In this document: piece after piece, positions 1-9,591 of the stretch
Layout of the letters: each line of letters opens with the position of its first letter
How positions within the stretch are numbered: the first letter of the stretch is position 1
Assembly (NCBI GenBank): GCA_963729295.1
Contig: CAVSNJ010000028.1
Location: forward strand, 330,702-354,701
Length of the DNA: 24,000 nucleotides
Reading direction: 5' to 3'
Origin: an uncultured Alphaproteobacteria bacterium
Lineage (GTDB): Bacteria > Pseudomonadota > Alphaproteobacteria > ATCC43930 > CGMCC-115725
Translations under genes and position numbers: made by a program
Notes under the pieces: generated by a model
Databases searched by the model: none
Told to the model about the DNA's origin: nothing
What the model saw: only the letters and a program-made list of their open reading frames with translations

Positions 1-1
1 C

Positions 2-1093
2 GTGAGCGTTTTCACCTTCGCCAACATGTTCGTGACGTCGGCCGAGCAGCTCGCGCTCGTGCGCTTCCTGACCGGGTGCGGGCTGGGCGGCGTCATTCCC
101 AACATTGTCGCGCTCGGCTCCGAATTCTCGCCCAAGCGCCTGCGTGCGCGCCTCATCATCTTCACCTTCTGCGGCATCAATTTCGGCGGCTTCGTCTGCG
201 GCCTGGCGGCGCCGGCGCTGATCGCGGGCTGGGGCTGGCGCGGCCTGTTCTTCGTCGGCGGCGTGGTCCCGCTCATCGCCGTGGTGCTGCTGTGGCTGTT
301 CATGTCGGAATCGGTCAAGTTCCTCGCCCTCAACGGCGGGCGCGAAGCGGAATTGCGGCGCGTGCTCGCGCGGCTCGTGCCCAAACTGGCGCTGCCGCAA
401 GGGGCGCGCTTCGTCGTCGCATCGCAAGCCTCGCGCGTGCCGTTCAGGCCCGGGCAGCTCTTTGCCGGGGGCCTCGCCTGGATCACGCCGATCCTGTGGC
501 TCATGTTCATTCTCAACTTCATCACCCTCTACTTCACCGGCGGGTGGACCAACATCGTGCTTCAGGGCGCGGGCGTCCCGCCGACCCAGGCGATCATCGT
601 CTCGTCGCTCAACCAGGGCGGCGGCGTGCTCGGCGGATTGGTGATCGCCTATTTCGTCGATCGCTTCGGCTTCCTCTCGGTGATCGCCTGGGGAATTTTG
701 ACGGCCGCGACGGTCTGGATGGTCGGCATTCCGGGCCTTCAGGTCGGCTGGATCGCGCTGTGGGTGACCGTGTCGGGCTTCGGCATGCAGGGCGTGCAGT
801 ACGGCCTCAACGCGACGCCGGGGATGATCTACCCGACCTCGTTCCGAGCGTTCGGCGCGGGCTGGGCGTTCGGCGTGAGCCGGCTCGGCGCGGTGGCGGG
901 CCCGATCATCGGCGGCTTCCTGCTGTCGATGTTCGTGGCCGAGCATCTCGACAAGGCCGCGGTCGCGCAGCGGATGTTCATCTTCCCCGTGTTCCCGCTC
1001 GTCACGGGCATCATCCTGGCGGCGATCGCTGCGCGGCTGAGCTACCGGCATTTTCACGGCAATCAGTTCGACGAGGCGACCGTCCGGGCGTGA
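2..1093 (+). CDS. MFS transporter, aromatic-acid/H+ symporter (PcaK/BenK-like, AAHS) family; 5' end cut by window edge
   Basis: The open frame runs from the window edge to TGA at 1091-1093. The translation is a series of hydrophobic helices with an MFS loop motif (RFLTGCGLGGVIPN...SEFSPKRLRAR) typical of AAHS transporters. Confidence 0.8.
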   Translation: MSVFTFANMFVTSAEQLALVRFLTGCGLGGVIPNIVALGSEFSPKRLRARLIIFTFCGINFGGFVCGLAAPALIAGWGWRGLFFVGGVVPLIAVVLLWLFMSESVKFLALNGGREAELRRVLARLVPKLALPQGARFVVASQASRVPFRPGQLFAGGLAWITPILWLMFILNFITLYFTGGWTNIVLQGAGVPPTQAIIVSSLNQGGGVLGGLVIAYFVDRFGFLSVIAWGILTAATVWMVGIPGLQVGWIALWVTVSGFGMQGVQYGLNATPGMIYPTSFRAFGAGWAFGVSRLGAVAGPIIGGFLLSMFVAEHLDKAAVAQRMFIFPVFPLVTGIILAAIAARLSYRHFHGNQFDEATVRA

Positions 1094-1100
1094 CGGCGTT

Positions 1101-2790
1101 TTACGCGCGCGACGGCGAGGCTTTGATCGCCGCCGCGCGGATGTCGCTGGTCGATTGCGTGATGGTGAGCGCCTCGGGGTCGAGCTTCAATTCGAGGAGG
1201 GCGGCGCGGCCGGCGGCTTCGGCGCGCGCGAACGCGGCCGGAAAATCCGCCGTCTTCGTCACCGTCTCGCCGTAGGCGCCGTAGGCCCGCGCGAGCGCCG
1301 CGAAATCCGGATTGACCAGGTCGGTCGCGACGACGCGGCCGGGGAAATGCCGCTCCTGGTGCATGCGGATCGTGCCGTACATGCCGTTGTTGACGACGAG
1401 GATGATGAGATGCGCGCCGTGCTGAACGGCGGTCGCGAGCTCCTGGCCCGTCATCAGGAAATCGCCGTCGCCGGCAAAGCACACGACGGTGCGGCCGGGA
1501 TGGATGAGCTTCGCCGCGACCGCGGCCGGAAAACCATAGCCCATCGAGCCGCTCGTCGGCGCCAACTGCGTGCCGAGGCCGCGATAGCGGTAGAAGCGAT
1601 GCACCCAGGTCGTGAAATTGCCGGCGCCGTTGCAGACGATCGCGTCGTGCGGCAGATGGCCGGCGAGAAAGCGCACGATCTCGCTCATCTGCAATTCGCC
1701 GGGCCCGCGCACCGGCTCCTGCCAGGCGAGGTAATCGTCGTGCGCCGCTTTCGCCGCACCCGCCCATGGCGGAGCCTTGACCGGCGCGATTGACCCGAGC
1801 GCCGCGGCAAAGCTGCGCGGCGTCGCGTTGATGGCGAGGAACGGCTCGTAGACGCGGCCCAGCTCCGCCGCGTCGGCATGGACATGGACGAGGCGCTGCT
1901 TCGGCACCGGGATGTCGAGCAGCGTGTAGCCGCCGCTCGTCGCCTCGCCGAGCCGCGCGCCCACGGCAATGAACAAGTCCGCCGACTTGAGCCGCGCGCC
2001 GAGCTTCGGATTGACGCCGAGGCCGACATCGCCGGCGTAGCACGGATGGTCGTTGTCGAGCCGGTCCTGGCGGCGAAAGGCGCAGGCGACGGGAATGCCG
2101 TTGGCGGCGGCGAAGGCGCCGATCGCGGCCGATGCGTCCTTGTCCCACTGGCTGCCGCCCAGCAGCATGATCGGGCGCTGGCTCTGCGGCGAGCGCGTCG
2201 CGGAAGGCGCGCATCTGGTCCGGGCCCGGATGCGGCTCGATGCGCGTATAGGGATTGGCGTCGGCGGCTTCCGCCAGCTCCTCGAGCATGTCCTCGGGCA
2301 GCGCGAGAACGACGGGACCCGGCCGTCCGCTCGAGGCGACGTGGAAGGCGCGGCTCACGAGCTCGGGCACGCGCGCGGGATCGTCGATTTCGTCGACCCA
2401 TTTCGCGATCGTGCCGAAGACGGCGCGGTAGTCGAGCTCCTGGAACGCCTCGCGACCCTTCGCCGCGCGCGGCACCTGGCCGACGAAGAGGATGAGCGGC
2501 GTCGAATCCTGGCGCGCGATGTGCAGGCCGGCGCTGGCGTTGCTGGCGCCGGGGCCGCGCGTGACGAAGCACACGCCCGGCCGCCCGGTGAGCTTGCCGT
2601 AAGCCTCGGCCATGATGGTGGCGCCGCCTTCCTGGCGGCAGGTGATGAGGCGGATGGCGTTGGCGTCGTACATCGCATCGAGCGCCGCGAGATAGCTTTC
2701 GCCGGGCACGCAGAACACCGTGTCGGCGCCGTGGATCTTGAGCTGGTCGATCAGGATTTTGGCGCCGGTGCGGCGTTTTTGCTCGCTCAT
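1101..2790 (-). pseudogene. Thiamine-diphosphate-dependent enzyme (acetolactate synthase / benzoylformate decarboxylase superfamily) with an apparent 1-nt frameshift near 2178-2195
   Basis: The N-terminal Pyr domain (MSEQKRRTGAKILIDQLKIHGADTVFCVPGESYLAALDA...TRGPGASNA) is read from the ATG at 2790. The central and PP domains (MLLGGSQWDKD...GSMGYGFPAAVAAKL...GDGDFLMTGQELATAVQHGAHLIILVVNNG, a GDG-X-NN ThDP motif) lie in a different frame ending at TAA 1101-1103. The span is 1690 nt, which is not divisible by 3. The junction reads DALAAE-(extra nt)-QRPIMLLGGSQW. Confidence 0.7.
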
Positions 2791-3437
2791 GTGCGGCTCC
2801 CGGGAAGCTCGATCGGGTGGTCGAGGTAGATCTGATAGCGTTGCCGGCGCGGCTTGTCCTTGTCGGCCTCGTCGACATAGCGGATCGAGCTTTTGCCGAT
2901 GATCGCCCGCGGCAGCACCATGACGCGGATGAAGGCCGTGGTCTCGTGCTCGGAGCCCGCGGCGAACACGGGATCGACGCCGTTTTCGAACCACGCCTCG
3001 CCGGGACGATGGGCGTGGCTCGCGCCGCCCGCGTCGATGCGGATCGCGCCCGCGACGAGGCAGCGCAGGCCCGGCCCCTGATGCGTGTGGCGATAGGCGA
3101 CACCGCCGGGCGGAAACTCGACACGGTCGCAGCGCAGGAGATATTGGCCGCGCGGATCGAGCGCGAGCGGCGGCGAGACGATGATGGGCGCGCCGTGATC
3201 CGGCGCCGATGCGACGAGCTCGAAGCGCAAGATCTGCGCGCCGCCGGCGCCGCCCGTGAGCGCAAGAGCGCCGGCGCCCTGCCAGGCCGAGTTGGGCGCA
3301 AGCGCCGCGACGGAGCCGCCCGATACGATCGTGGCGCCGCCATCGCGCACATAAAGCGCGCGCACCGGTCCGGCGCCAAGCTCGAGCGCCACGCCCGCGG
3401 CCAAGCGGTCGGCGAAGAGCCGCACGTGATGGGGCAT
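2787..3437 (-). CDS. Cupin domain protein (217 aa)
   Basis: The ATG at 3437 is preceded by GGAGGAGG. The cupin motifs GVAYRHTHQGPGLRCLVAG and GEAWFENG are present. The stop TGA (2787-2789) overlaps the ATG (2788-2790) of the ThDP enzyme as ATGA, implying translational coupling. The upstream part of the 238-aa ORF has no RBS support. Confidence 0.75.
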   Translation of the reverse strand: MPHHVRLFADRLAAGVALELGAGPVRALYVRDGGATIVSGGSVAALAPNSAWQGAGALALTGGAGGAQILRFELVASAPDHGAPIIVSPPLALDPRGQYLLRCDRVEFPPGGVAYRHTHQGPGLRCLVAGAIRIDAGGASHAHRPGEAWFENGVDPVFAAGSEHETTAFIRVMVLPRAIIGKSSIRYVDEADKDKPRRQRYQIYLDHPIELPGSRT

Positions 3438-3594
3438 CGTCCTCCTCCGAGCCGGCGAATGTAGCACGCCTGTCGTGTGCGTCATTCGGTCGCCCCACCT
3501 CACCCTTCCGTCCTACTCCGCGCCGGTGGGGCGGAGAGGGTTGGGAGAGATCGGGCGATGACGTAATATGCGGCACGGAGTCCGGGAGGGAACG

Positions 3595-3945
3595 ATGCGC
3601 ATCCACAATCTCTATGCCGATGCGAAAGGTGAATCGCACTGGCGCGACGTCGAGGTCGAATGGGCCGAGGAGACGCGCGGCGGGCGCCTGTCGAAGCGGC
3701 TCCCCGCGAGCGGCATCATCTTCCGCCAGGTGCCGCCCGAATATTCGCTCGACTGGCACAACGCGCCGCGCCGGCAATACATCGTCAACCTCGACGCCGG
3801 CGTCGAGATCACCGCGAGCGACGGCGAGGCGCGCAAGATCGGCGCCGGCGAAGTGATCCTGGTCGAGGACACGCGCGGCAAGGGCCATCTTTCGAAGGCG
3901 CTCGACGGCCGGCTGCGCCACTGCATCTTCGTGGCGCTCGATTAG
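3595..3945 (+). CDS. Small cupin-like protein (116 aa), conserved hypothetical family
   Basis: The ATG at 3595 is preceded by GGGAGGG. The sequence MRIHNLYADAKGESHWRDVEV...DWHNAPRRQYIVNLDAGVEI...GEVILVEDTRGKGHLS matches a widespread small single-domain cupin family. It is divergent from the 217-aa cupin. Confidence 0.7.
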   Translation: MRIHNLYADAKGESHWRDVEVEWAEETRGGRLSKRLPASGIIFRQVPPEYSLDWHNAPRRQYIVNLDAGVEITASDGEARKIGAGEVILVEDTRGKGHLSKALDGRLRHCIFVALD

Positions 3946-4006
3946 CAGGGGATAGCTCGGACGCGGCACTGGCATTTTCGGGCGCGGCGTGCAAGAGAAG
4001 GGAATC

Positions 4007-4414
4007 ATGACCGAAAGCGACCTCGTCCTCGCCGCCAACCTCGAATTCTATCGCGCCTTCGGGACGAGCGATTACCCGGCGATGAACGCGCTGTGGGCGC
4101 GCAACGCCCAGGTCCTGTGCATCCATCCCGGCTGGCCGCCGCTCAGCGGGCGCGAGGCGGTGATGCGGAGCTGGCGCAACATCCTCACGAGCCCGCAGCC
4201 GACGCGCGTCGCCTGCCACGACGACCAGGCCTTCGTCTACGGCGAGTTTGCCATGGTGATCTGCGAGGAGGAGCTGACCTCGGGCAGCCTCGTCGCCACC
4301 AATTACTTCATCAAGGAAGCCGGGCGCTGGCGCATGCTGCACCACCAGTCGAGCCCGCTCGTCGCGCGGCGCGAGCAGGCGCGCCCGCAGCGCCGCCGCA
4401 ACGAGCGGCCCTGA
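4007..4414 (+). CDS. SnoaL-like / NTF2-fold family protein (135 aa)
   Basis: The ATG at 4007 follows GAAGGGA. The sequence NLEFYRAFGTSDYPAMNALWARNAQVLCIHPGWPPLSGREAVMRSW...NYFIKEAGRWRMLHHQSSP is typical of the SnoaL/DUF4440-type NTF2 fold. Confidence 0.7.
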   Translation: MTESDLVLAANLEFYRAFGTSDYPAMNALWARNAQVLCIHPGWPPLSGREAVMRSWRNILTSPQPTRVACHDDQAFVYGEFAMVICEEELTSGSLVATNYFIKEAGRWRMLHHQSSPLVARREQARPQRRRNERP

Positions 4415-4418
4415 CCCC

Positions 4419-5492
4419 TTGGCGCGATATCGCATCGCGGCGATTCCGGGCGACGGCATCGGCAAGGAAGTGATCCCGGCCGGGGTGCGCGTGCTCGAAG
4501 CCTTGGCCGCGCGCGCCGGCTTCGAGCTCGCGGTCGAGACCTTGCCCTGGGGTTCCGACTATTACCGCGCCCACGGCCGCATGATGCCCGAGGACGGCGT
4601 CGAGCACCTGAAACCCTTCGACGCGATCTTCTTCGGCGCGGTCGGCGACCCCGATCTCCCCGACCACCTCACCTTGTGGGGCTTGCGGCTCGCGATTTGC
4701 CAGGGCCTCGACCAGTACGCCAACGTGCGGCCGGCGCGGCTTCTGCCGGGGATCCAATCGCCGCTCCGGGGCGTGGCGCCCGGCGGCATCGACTGGGTCA
4801 TCGTGCGCGAGAACAGCGAGGGCGAATATGCCGGGCACGGCGGCCGCGCGCATCGCGGCCAGCCCGAGGAAGTGGCGACCGAGACCGCGATCTTCACCCG
4901 CGCCGGCGTCAGCCGCATCATGCGCTTTGCCTTCGCGCTCGCGCGCTCCCGCCCGCGCCGGCACCTGACCGTCGTGACGAAATCGAACGCGCAGCGCCAC
5001 GGCATGGTGCTGTGGGACGAGATCGCCGCAGCGACCGCGCGCGAGTTCCCCGACGTCACCTGGGACCGCGAACTGGTCGACGCCATGACGACGCGCATGG
5101 TGCTGAAGCCCGCGTCGATCGACACCGTGGTCGGCACGAACCTCCATGCCGACATCCTGACCGACCTCGCCGCCGCGCTCGCCGGATCGCTAGGGCTAGC
5201 GCCCACGGCCAATCTCGATCCCGAGCGGCGCTTCCCCTCGATGTTCGAGCCGATCCACGGCTCGGCCTTCGACATCATGGGCAAGGGCATCGCCAACCCG
5301 ATCGCGACGTTCTGGAGCGGCGCGATGATGCTCGAGCATCTGGGCGAAGGACCTGCCGCGCGGACGCTCATGTCCGCGATCGAGCGCACCACGGCCGATC
5401 CCGCGCTCCACACGCGCGATCTCGGCGGCACCGCCACCACCGCCCAGGTGACGGCGGCGGTCGAGGCGGCGATTACGGGGACGAACCGCTAG
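4419..5492 (+). CDS. Tartrate dehydrogenase/decarboxylase or D-malate dehydrogenase (DmlA/TtuC family; isocitrate/isopropylmalate dehydrogenase superfamily)
   Basis: From residue 3 the sequence closely resembles E. coli DmlA as I recall it (RIAAIPGDGIGKEV...FDAIFFGAVG...VRENSEGEYAG...NLHADILTDLAAALAGSLGLAPTANL...HGSAFDIMGKGIANPIAT). Only a TTG start (4419) is available at the homologous N-terminus. The stop TAG is at 5490-5492. Confidence 0.88.
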   Translation: MARYRIAAIPGDGIGKEVIPAGVRVLEALAARAGFELAVETLPWGSDYYRAHGRMMPEDGVEHLKPFDAIFFGAVGDPDLPDHLTLWGLRLAICQGLDQYANVRPARLLPGIQSPLRGVAPGGIDWVIVRENSEGEYAGHGGRAHRGQPEEVATETAIFTRAGVSRIMRFAFALARSRPRRHLTVVTKSNAQRHGMVLWDEIAAATAREFPDVTWDRELVDAMTTRMVLKPASIDTVVGTNLHADILTDLAAALAGSLGLAPTANLDPERRFPSMFEPIHGSAFDIMGKGIANPIATFWSGAMMLEHLGEGPAARTLMSAIERTTADPALHTRDLGGTATTAQVTAAVEAAITGTNR

Positions 5493-6739
5493 GCTTCGCG
5501 CAGGACGCGCAGGATGGCGCGGATGAGCTGCGCCAGCTCGTCCGCGGCAATGGTGAAGGCCGGCGTCACATAGACGATCCGGCCGAACGGGCGCAGCCAC
5601 ACGCCTTCCGCGACGAAGCGGCGGGTGAGATCGCGCGTGTCGGGAGCGCGCGCGAGCTCGACGACGCCGATCGCGCCCTTGACGCGCACGTCGGCAACGC
5701 CGGGAATGTCGCGGCACGGCGCAAGCTCGCGTGCGAGCGCGGCCTCGATGGCGGCGACTTGCGCCAGGCGCGGCTCGCGTTCGAACAGATCGAGCGAGGC
5801 GTTGGCGGCGGCGCAGCCGAGCGCGTTCGCCATGAAGGTCGGGCCGTGCATCAGGGATTTGTCCGGATCGTCCGACCGGAATTCCTCGAACACTTTTCCC
5901 CGCGCGACCGTCGCGGCCAAGGGCAGCGTGCCGCCGGTCAGGGCCTTCGACAGCGTGATGATGTCGGGCACGACGCCCGCCTCTGCGCACGCGAACAGCG
6001 CTCCCGTGCGGCCGAAGCCGGTGAAAATCTCGTCGAAGATGAGGAGGAGGTCGAACCGGTCGGCAAGCGCGCGCAAGCGCCGCAGCACGTCCGCATCGTG
6101 GAACAGCATCCCGCCCGCACCCTGCACCAGCGGCTCGACGATGATCGCGGCGAGCTCGCGCGCATGCTGCGCCAAGTGCCGTTCGAGGCGGAGGGCGCTG
6201 TCCTCGTCGCGCGGCAGATCGAGCAGATCGTGCCGCGGCAGCAACCCGGCGAAGAGGCGGTGCATCCCCTCCTCCGGGTCCGACACCGCCATGGCGCCGG
6301 TGGTGTCGCCGTGATAGGCGCCGCGGAAGGCGACGAAGCGCGCGCGCCCGTTGACGCCGCGGTTCTTCCAGTACTGCACCGCCATCTTGAGCGCGACTTC
6401 GACCGCGACCGAGCCGGATTCGGAAAAGAACACACGGTCGAGATCGCCGGGCAAGAGCGCCGCGAGCCGGCGCGCGAGCGTCGCTGCCTGCTCATGCACC
6501 AATCCGCCCAGCATCACGTGCGGCATCGCCTTCAACTGTCGCGCCACCTGATGACGGATGTGCGGATGGTTGTAGCCGTGGCACGCCGTCCACCACGAGG
6601 CGATGCCGTCGATGAGGACGCGCCCGTCGGCCAACTCGATGCGGCATCCCTCGGTGCGCGCGACGGCGAGCGGCGCCGCGCTCTTCATGCGCTCGTACGG
6701 GAGCCAGAGGTGGCGCAGCGCCTCGTCCGGCGCGCTCAT
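5489..6739 (-). CDS. bioA: Adenosylmethionine-8-amino-7-oxononanoate aminotransferase
   Basis: This is a class-III aminotransferase with a BioA-type N-terminus ([49 protein letters not shown]) and TLSKALTGG containing the PLP lysine. The ATG at 6739 overlaps the bioB stop (ATGA). The longer 455-aa ORF extension lies inside bioB. Confidence 0.9.
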   Translation of the reverse strand: MSAPDEALRHLWLPYERMKSAAPLAVARTEGCRIELADGRVLIDGIASWWTACHGYNHPHIRHQVARQLKAMPHVMLGGLVHEQAATLARRLAALLPGDLDRVFFSESGSVAVEVALKMAVQYWKNRGVNGRARFVAFRGAYHGDTTGAMAVSDPEEGMHRLFAGLLPRHDLLDLPRDEDSALRLERHLAQHARELAAIIVEPLVQGAGGMLFHDADVLRRLRALADRFDLLLIFDEIFTGFGRTGALFACAEAGVVPDIITLSKALTGGTLPLAATVARGKVFEEFRSDDPDKSLMHGPTFMANALGCAAANASLDLFEREPRLAQVAAIEAALARELAPCRDIPGVADVRVKGAIGVVELARAPDTRDLTRRFVAEGVWLRPFGRIVYVTPAFTIAADELAQLIRAILRVLREA

Positions 6740-7695
6740 TCGAGCGGCTGAAGCCCGAGCCGCGCCATGAGCGCGCCGTCGCGGTCGCGCGCCGGGTTGG
6801 GCGTCGTCAGGAGCCGCGGCCCGCAGAAGATCGAATTGGCGCCGGCGAGGAAGCAAAGCGCCTGCGTCTCGTCGCTCATCTCCTCGCGGCCCGCGGACAG
6901 CCGCACGAAAGAGCGCGGCATGGCGATGCGCGCGACCGCGACCGTGCGCACGAATTCGAGCGCGTCGAGCGGCGCGGCGTCACCCAAGGGCGTGCCCGCG
7001 ACCCGCACAAGAAGATTGATCGGCACGCTGTCCGGATGCTCGGGCAGTGTCGCGAGCGCGTGGATGAGGCCGACGCGGTCGGCGCGGCTTTCGCCCATGC
7101 CGACGATGCCGCCGCAGCACACCTTGATCCCGGCCGCGCGCACATGGGCGAGCGTGTCGAGCCGGTCCTGATAGACCCGCGTCGTGATGATGCGGCCGTA
7201 ATCCTCGGGCGAGGTGTCGAGATTGTGGTTGTAGAAATCGAGCCCCGCCTCCTTGAGGCGCAGAGCCTGCGCGCGCGTCAGCATGCCGAGCGTGGCGCAG
7301 GTCTCGAGCCCCAAACGCTTCACGCCAGCGACCATGGCGCAGACGGGATCGAGGTCGCGGTCCTTGGGCTCGCGCCAGGCGGCGCCCATGCAGAAGCGCG
7401 TGGCACCCCCATCGCGCGCGCGCCGCGCCTCGTCGACGACCGTACCCACATCCATGAGCTTGCCGGCATCGACGCCGGTCTCGTAATGGGCGCTTTGCGG
7501 ACAATAGGCGCAATCCTCGGGGCAGCCGCCGGTCTTGATCGACAGCAGCGTCGAGAGCTGCACCCGCGCCGGATCGAAATTGCGGCGATGCACGGCCTGC
7601 GCGCGGAAGATCAATTCCGAAAACGCGAGATCGTAGAGCGCGGCAAGCTCGGCGCGCGTCCAATCGTGCCGGATTTCGTCGCGCGGCTCGTCCAC
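6736..7695 (-). CDS. bioB: Biotin synthase (radical SAM)
   Basis: The radical-SAM motif [11 protein letters not shown] and BioB-type sequence ([16 protein letters not shown]...[12 protein letters not shown]...YNHNLDTS) are present. The GTG at 7695 is preceded by AAGGAG at 6-nt spacing. The upstream 70 codons of the ORF overlap the bioF promoter and start, and look non-coding. Confidence 0.9.
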   Translation of the reverse strand: MDEPRDEIRHDWTRAELAALYDLAFSELIFRAQAVHRRNFDPARVQLSTLLSIKTGGCPEDCAYCPQSAHYETGVDAGKLMDVGTVVDEARRARDGGATRFCMGAAWREPKDRDLDPVCAMVAGVKRLGLETCATLGMLTRAQALRLKEAGLDFYNHNLDTSPEDYGRIITTRVYQDRLDTLAHVRAAGIKVCCGGIVGMGESRADRVGLIHALATLPEHPDSVPINLLVRVAGTPLGDAAPLDALEFVRTVAVARIAMPRSFVRLSAGREEMSDETQALCFLAGANSIFCGPRLLTTPNPARDRDGALMARLGLQPLE

Positions 7696-7762
7696 GGTCG
7701 CTCCTTGCCTTGGCTCGCGCCTTGAGGCTACATCCAGGGCGCCAGAAAGTGAAAGGGCGCGA
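7696..7762. promoter_or_regulatory. Divergent bioBA / bioFD control region (67 bp)
   Basis: This is the only non-coding DNA between the divergent bioB and bioF starts, so it must carry both promoters. I could not identify a consensus sigma-70 box or a BioR-type TTATMKATAA box. Confidence 0.4.
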
Positions 7763-8923
7763 GTGCTCTCGCTCGACCGGTTCGCCACGGCAAAGCTCGA
7801 TGAGGCAGCGGCGTCGAACCGCCGCCGCAGTCTCGTCGCGACATCGCGCGCGGACGGGATTTGGGTCGAGCGCGCGGGCAAGAAGCTGCTGTCCTTTTCC
7901 TGCAACGATTACCTCAATCTGACGCAGCATCGGGAGGTGAAGGCAGCGGCGATCGCGGCGATCGAACGCTACGGCGCGGGCGCCGGCGCCTCGCGCCTCG
8001 TCACCGGCAACCATCCGCTCTACGCGGATCTGGAAGCGCGGCTCGCGCGCATGAAGGGCACGCAAGCGGCTTGCGTCTTCGGCTCGGGCTATCTCGCCAA
8101 CGCCGCGATCATCCCGGCGCTTGCGGGCGAAGGCGATCTCGTGCTGCTCGATGCGCTCGCGCATGCCTGCCTCTGGGCCGGCGCGCAATTGTCGCGCGGC
8201 ACGGCGACCGCGTTCCGCCACAACGATCCGGGCCATCTCGCCGACCTGCTCGCCGAGCGGCGGGGAAAATACCGCCACGCGCTCATCGCCACCGAAGGCG
8301 TGTTCTCGATGGACGGCGACCGCGCGCCGCTTGCGGAGCTTGCCGCGATCGCCGAGCGCAATGACGCCTGGCTCCTCGTCGACGACGCGCACGGGTTCGG
8401 CACGCTGGGCGCAGGGGCCGGCTCGGCCGCCGAAGCGGGCGCGGGCGCGCGCGTGCCGTTGCAGATGGGGACCTTGTCGAAGGCGGCGGCGAGCTATGGC
8501 GGATATTTGTGCGCCTCGCGCGCGGTCGTCGATCTGATGGCGAGCCGGGCGCGCCCGCTCATCTATTCGACCGGCCTGCCGCCGGCCGATGTCGCGGCCG
8601 CGATCGCGGCGCTCGACATCATCGCGCGCGAGCCGGCTCTTGCCGCGCGGCCGTTGGCGAAGGCGCGCGCCTTCACGCGCGCGGCGGACTTGCCCGAGGC
8701 GCAAAGCGCGATCGTGCCGGTCATGCTCGGCGATGAGAGAATTGCGTTGGCGGCGCAGGCGATGCTCGAGGCGGAAGGATTCCTGGTCGTGGCGATCCGC
8801 CCGCCCACGGTGCCGCCCGGCACGGCGCGGCTCAGGATCGCGTTCACCGCCGGTCATCCCGACGACGCGGTGGCGCGGCTCGCGGGTCTGGTGCGCGAAC
8901 GTGTGGCGAGGCAGGCGGCATGA
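7763..8923 (+). CDS. bioF: 8-amino-7-oxononanoate synthase
   Basis: This is an alpha-oxoamine synthase ([10 protein letters not shown]...[15 protein letters not shown]...FGSGYLAN...VDDAHGFG...[13 protein letters not shown] with the PLP lysine). It has a GTG start at 7763 and is translationally coupled (ATGA at 8920-8923) to bioD. Confidence 0.88.
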   Translation: MLSLDRFATAKLDEAAASNRRRSLVATSRADGIWVERAGKKLLSFSCNDYLNLTQHREVKAAAIAAIERYGAGAGASRLVTGNHPLYADLEARLARMKGTQAACVFGSGYLANAAIIPALAGEGDLVLLDALAHACLWAGAQLSRGTATAFRHNDPGHLADLLAERRGKYRHALIATEGVFSMDGDRAPLAELAAIAERNDAWLLVDDAHGFGTLGAGAGSAAEAGAGARVPLQMGTLSKAAASYGGYLCASRAVVDLMASRARPLIYSTGLPPADVAAAIAALDIIAREPALAARPLAKARAFTRAADLPEAQSAIVPVMLGDERIALAAQAMLEAEGFLVVAIRPPTVPPGTARLRIAFTAGHPDDAVARLAGLVRERVARQAA

Positions 8924-9591
8924 GCGGACTTTTCCTCACTTCGACCGGCACCGACATCGGCAAGACCTTCGTCGCCGTCGGCCTCATCCACGAATTGCGG
9001 CGGCGCGGGCGCGCCGTGGCGGCGCTGAAGCCGGTGGCGAGCGGCTTCGAGGAATGGAGCGCGCCCGCGAGCGATCCGGCGCGGCTCCTCGATGCGCTCG
9101 ACCTGCCGGGCACGCTCGACGAGATCGCGCGCATCTCCCCTTTCCGGTATCGCGCGGCGGTCGGGCCCGAGCTTGCGGCGCGGCGCGAGGGACGGACGCT
9201 CGACTATGACGAGCTCTTGGCTTTCTGCCACGCCGAACTCGCCGCGGCGGACGTGCTGCTCGTCGAAGGGATCGGCGGCGTGATGGTGCCGCTCGACGGC
9301 GACCGCACGGTGCTCGACTGGATCGTCGATCTGCGCCTCCCGGCGCTGGTCGTTACGGGCAACTATCTCGGCACGATCAGCCACACGCTGACGGCGCTCG
9401 CGGCGTTGCGGCAGCGCCACGTCGCCGTGGCTGCCGTGGTGGTGAGCGAAGCGGGCGAAAGCACCGTGCCCCTCGCCGACAACGCGGCGAGCATCGCGCG
9501 CCTCGCGCACGGCACGAAGGTTCTGGCCCTGCCGCGGCTCGAAGCCGGCGCGAGCCATGCGGTGTTCGCGAGCCTCGCCGATCTCGTCTAG
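8920..9591 (+). CDS. bioD: Dethiobiotin synthase (ATP-dependent)
   Basis: The P-loop GTDIGKT near the N-terminus ([18 protein letters not shown]), KPVASG and EGIGGVMVPL are BioD hallmarks. The stop TAG 9589-9591 lies inside the terminal CTAG of repeat E1. Confidence 0.88.
   Translation: MSGLFLTSTGTDIGKTFVAVGLIHELRRRGRAVAALKPVASGFEEWSAPASDPARLLDALDLPGTLDEIARISPFRYRAAVGPELAARREGRTLDYDELLAFCHAELAAADVLLVEGIGGVMVPLDGDRTVLDWIVDLRLPALVVTGNYLGTISHTLTALAALRQRHVAVAAVVVSEAGESTVPLADNAASIARLAHGTKVLALPRLEAGASHAVFASLADLV

Noticed and set aside
2178-2195. Programmed +1/-1 ribosomal frameshift in the ThDP enzyme
   Set aside because: There is no slippery heptamer, homopolymer run, rare or stop codon at the shift site, and no obvious downstream stimulatory pseudoknot. 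A mutation or sequencing error is the more economical explanation.
1063-4038. 991-aa ORF on the minus strand, the longest in the track
   Set aside because: Only the stretch MSEQKRR...DALAAE (2790 down to about 2193) looks like real protein, the ThDP enzyme N-terminus. The rest is Arg/Ala/Pro-rich nonsense typical of out-of-frame reading of GC-rich genes, and it overlaps well-supported genes in other frames.
5489-5492. Convergent dehydrogenase and bioA genes sharing their stop codons in one CTAG
   Set aside because: It is real (TAG on both strands within CTAG), and I noticed it because CTAG also bounds the hairpin elements. There is no adjacent palindrome or repeat here, so it is treated as a coincidence of compact gene packing.
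7696-7762. BioR or BirA operator in the bioB-bioF spacer
   Set aside because: I looked for TTATMKATAA-type BioR boxes and for an extended BirA-like palindrome and found neither. Only short CCTTG repeats and a 5-bp inverted repeat are present, which is too weak to call.
6740-7905. N-terminal extensions of track ORFs for bioA (to 6856), bioB (to 7905) and the formyltransferase (from 9676)
   Set aside because: The extensions run into neighbouring genes or through the hairpin repeats and lack RBSs. They are absent from the homologous N-termini, whereas the internal starts have SD sequences or ATGA coupling.
4676-8857. Very long ORFs 4676..6751 (+, 691 aa) and 6980..8857 (-, 625 aa)
   Set aside because: They are out of frame or antisense to the well-supported DmlA/TtuC-type dehydrogenase gene and to bioA, bioB and bioF. 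Their composition is dominated by Arg/Ala/Gly/Pro with no recognisable motifs, which marks them as GC-rich shadow ORFs.
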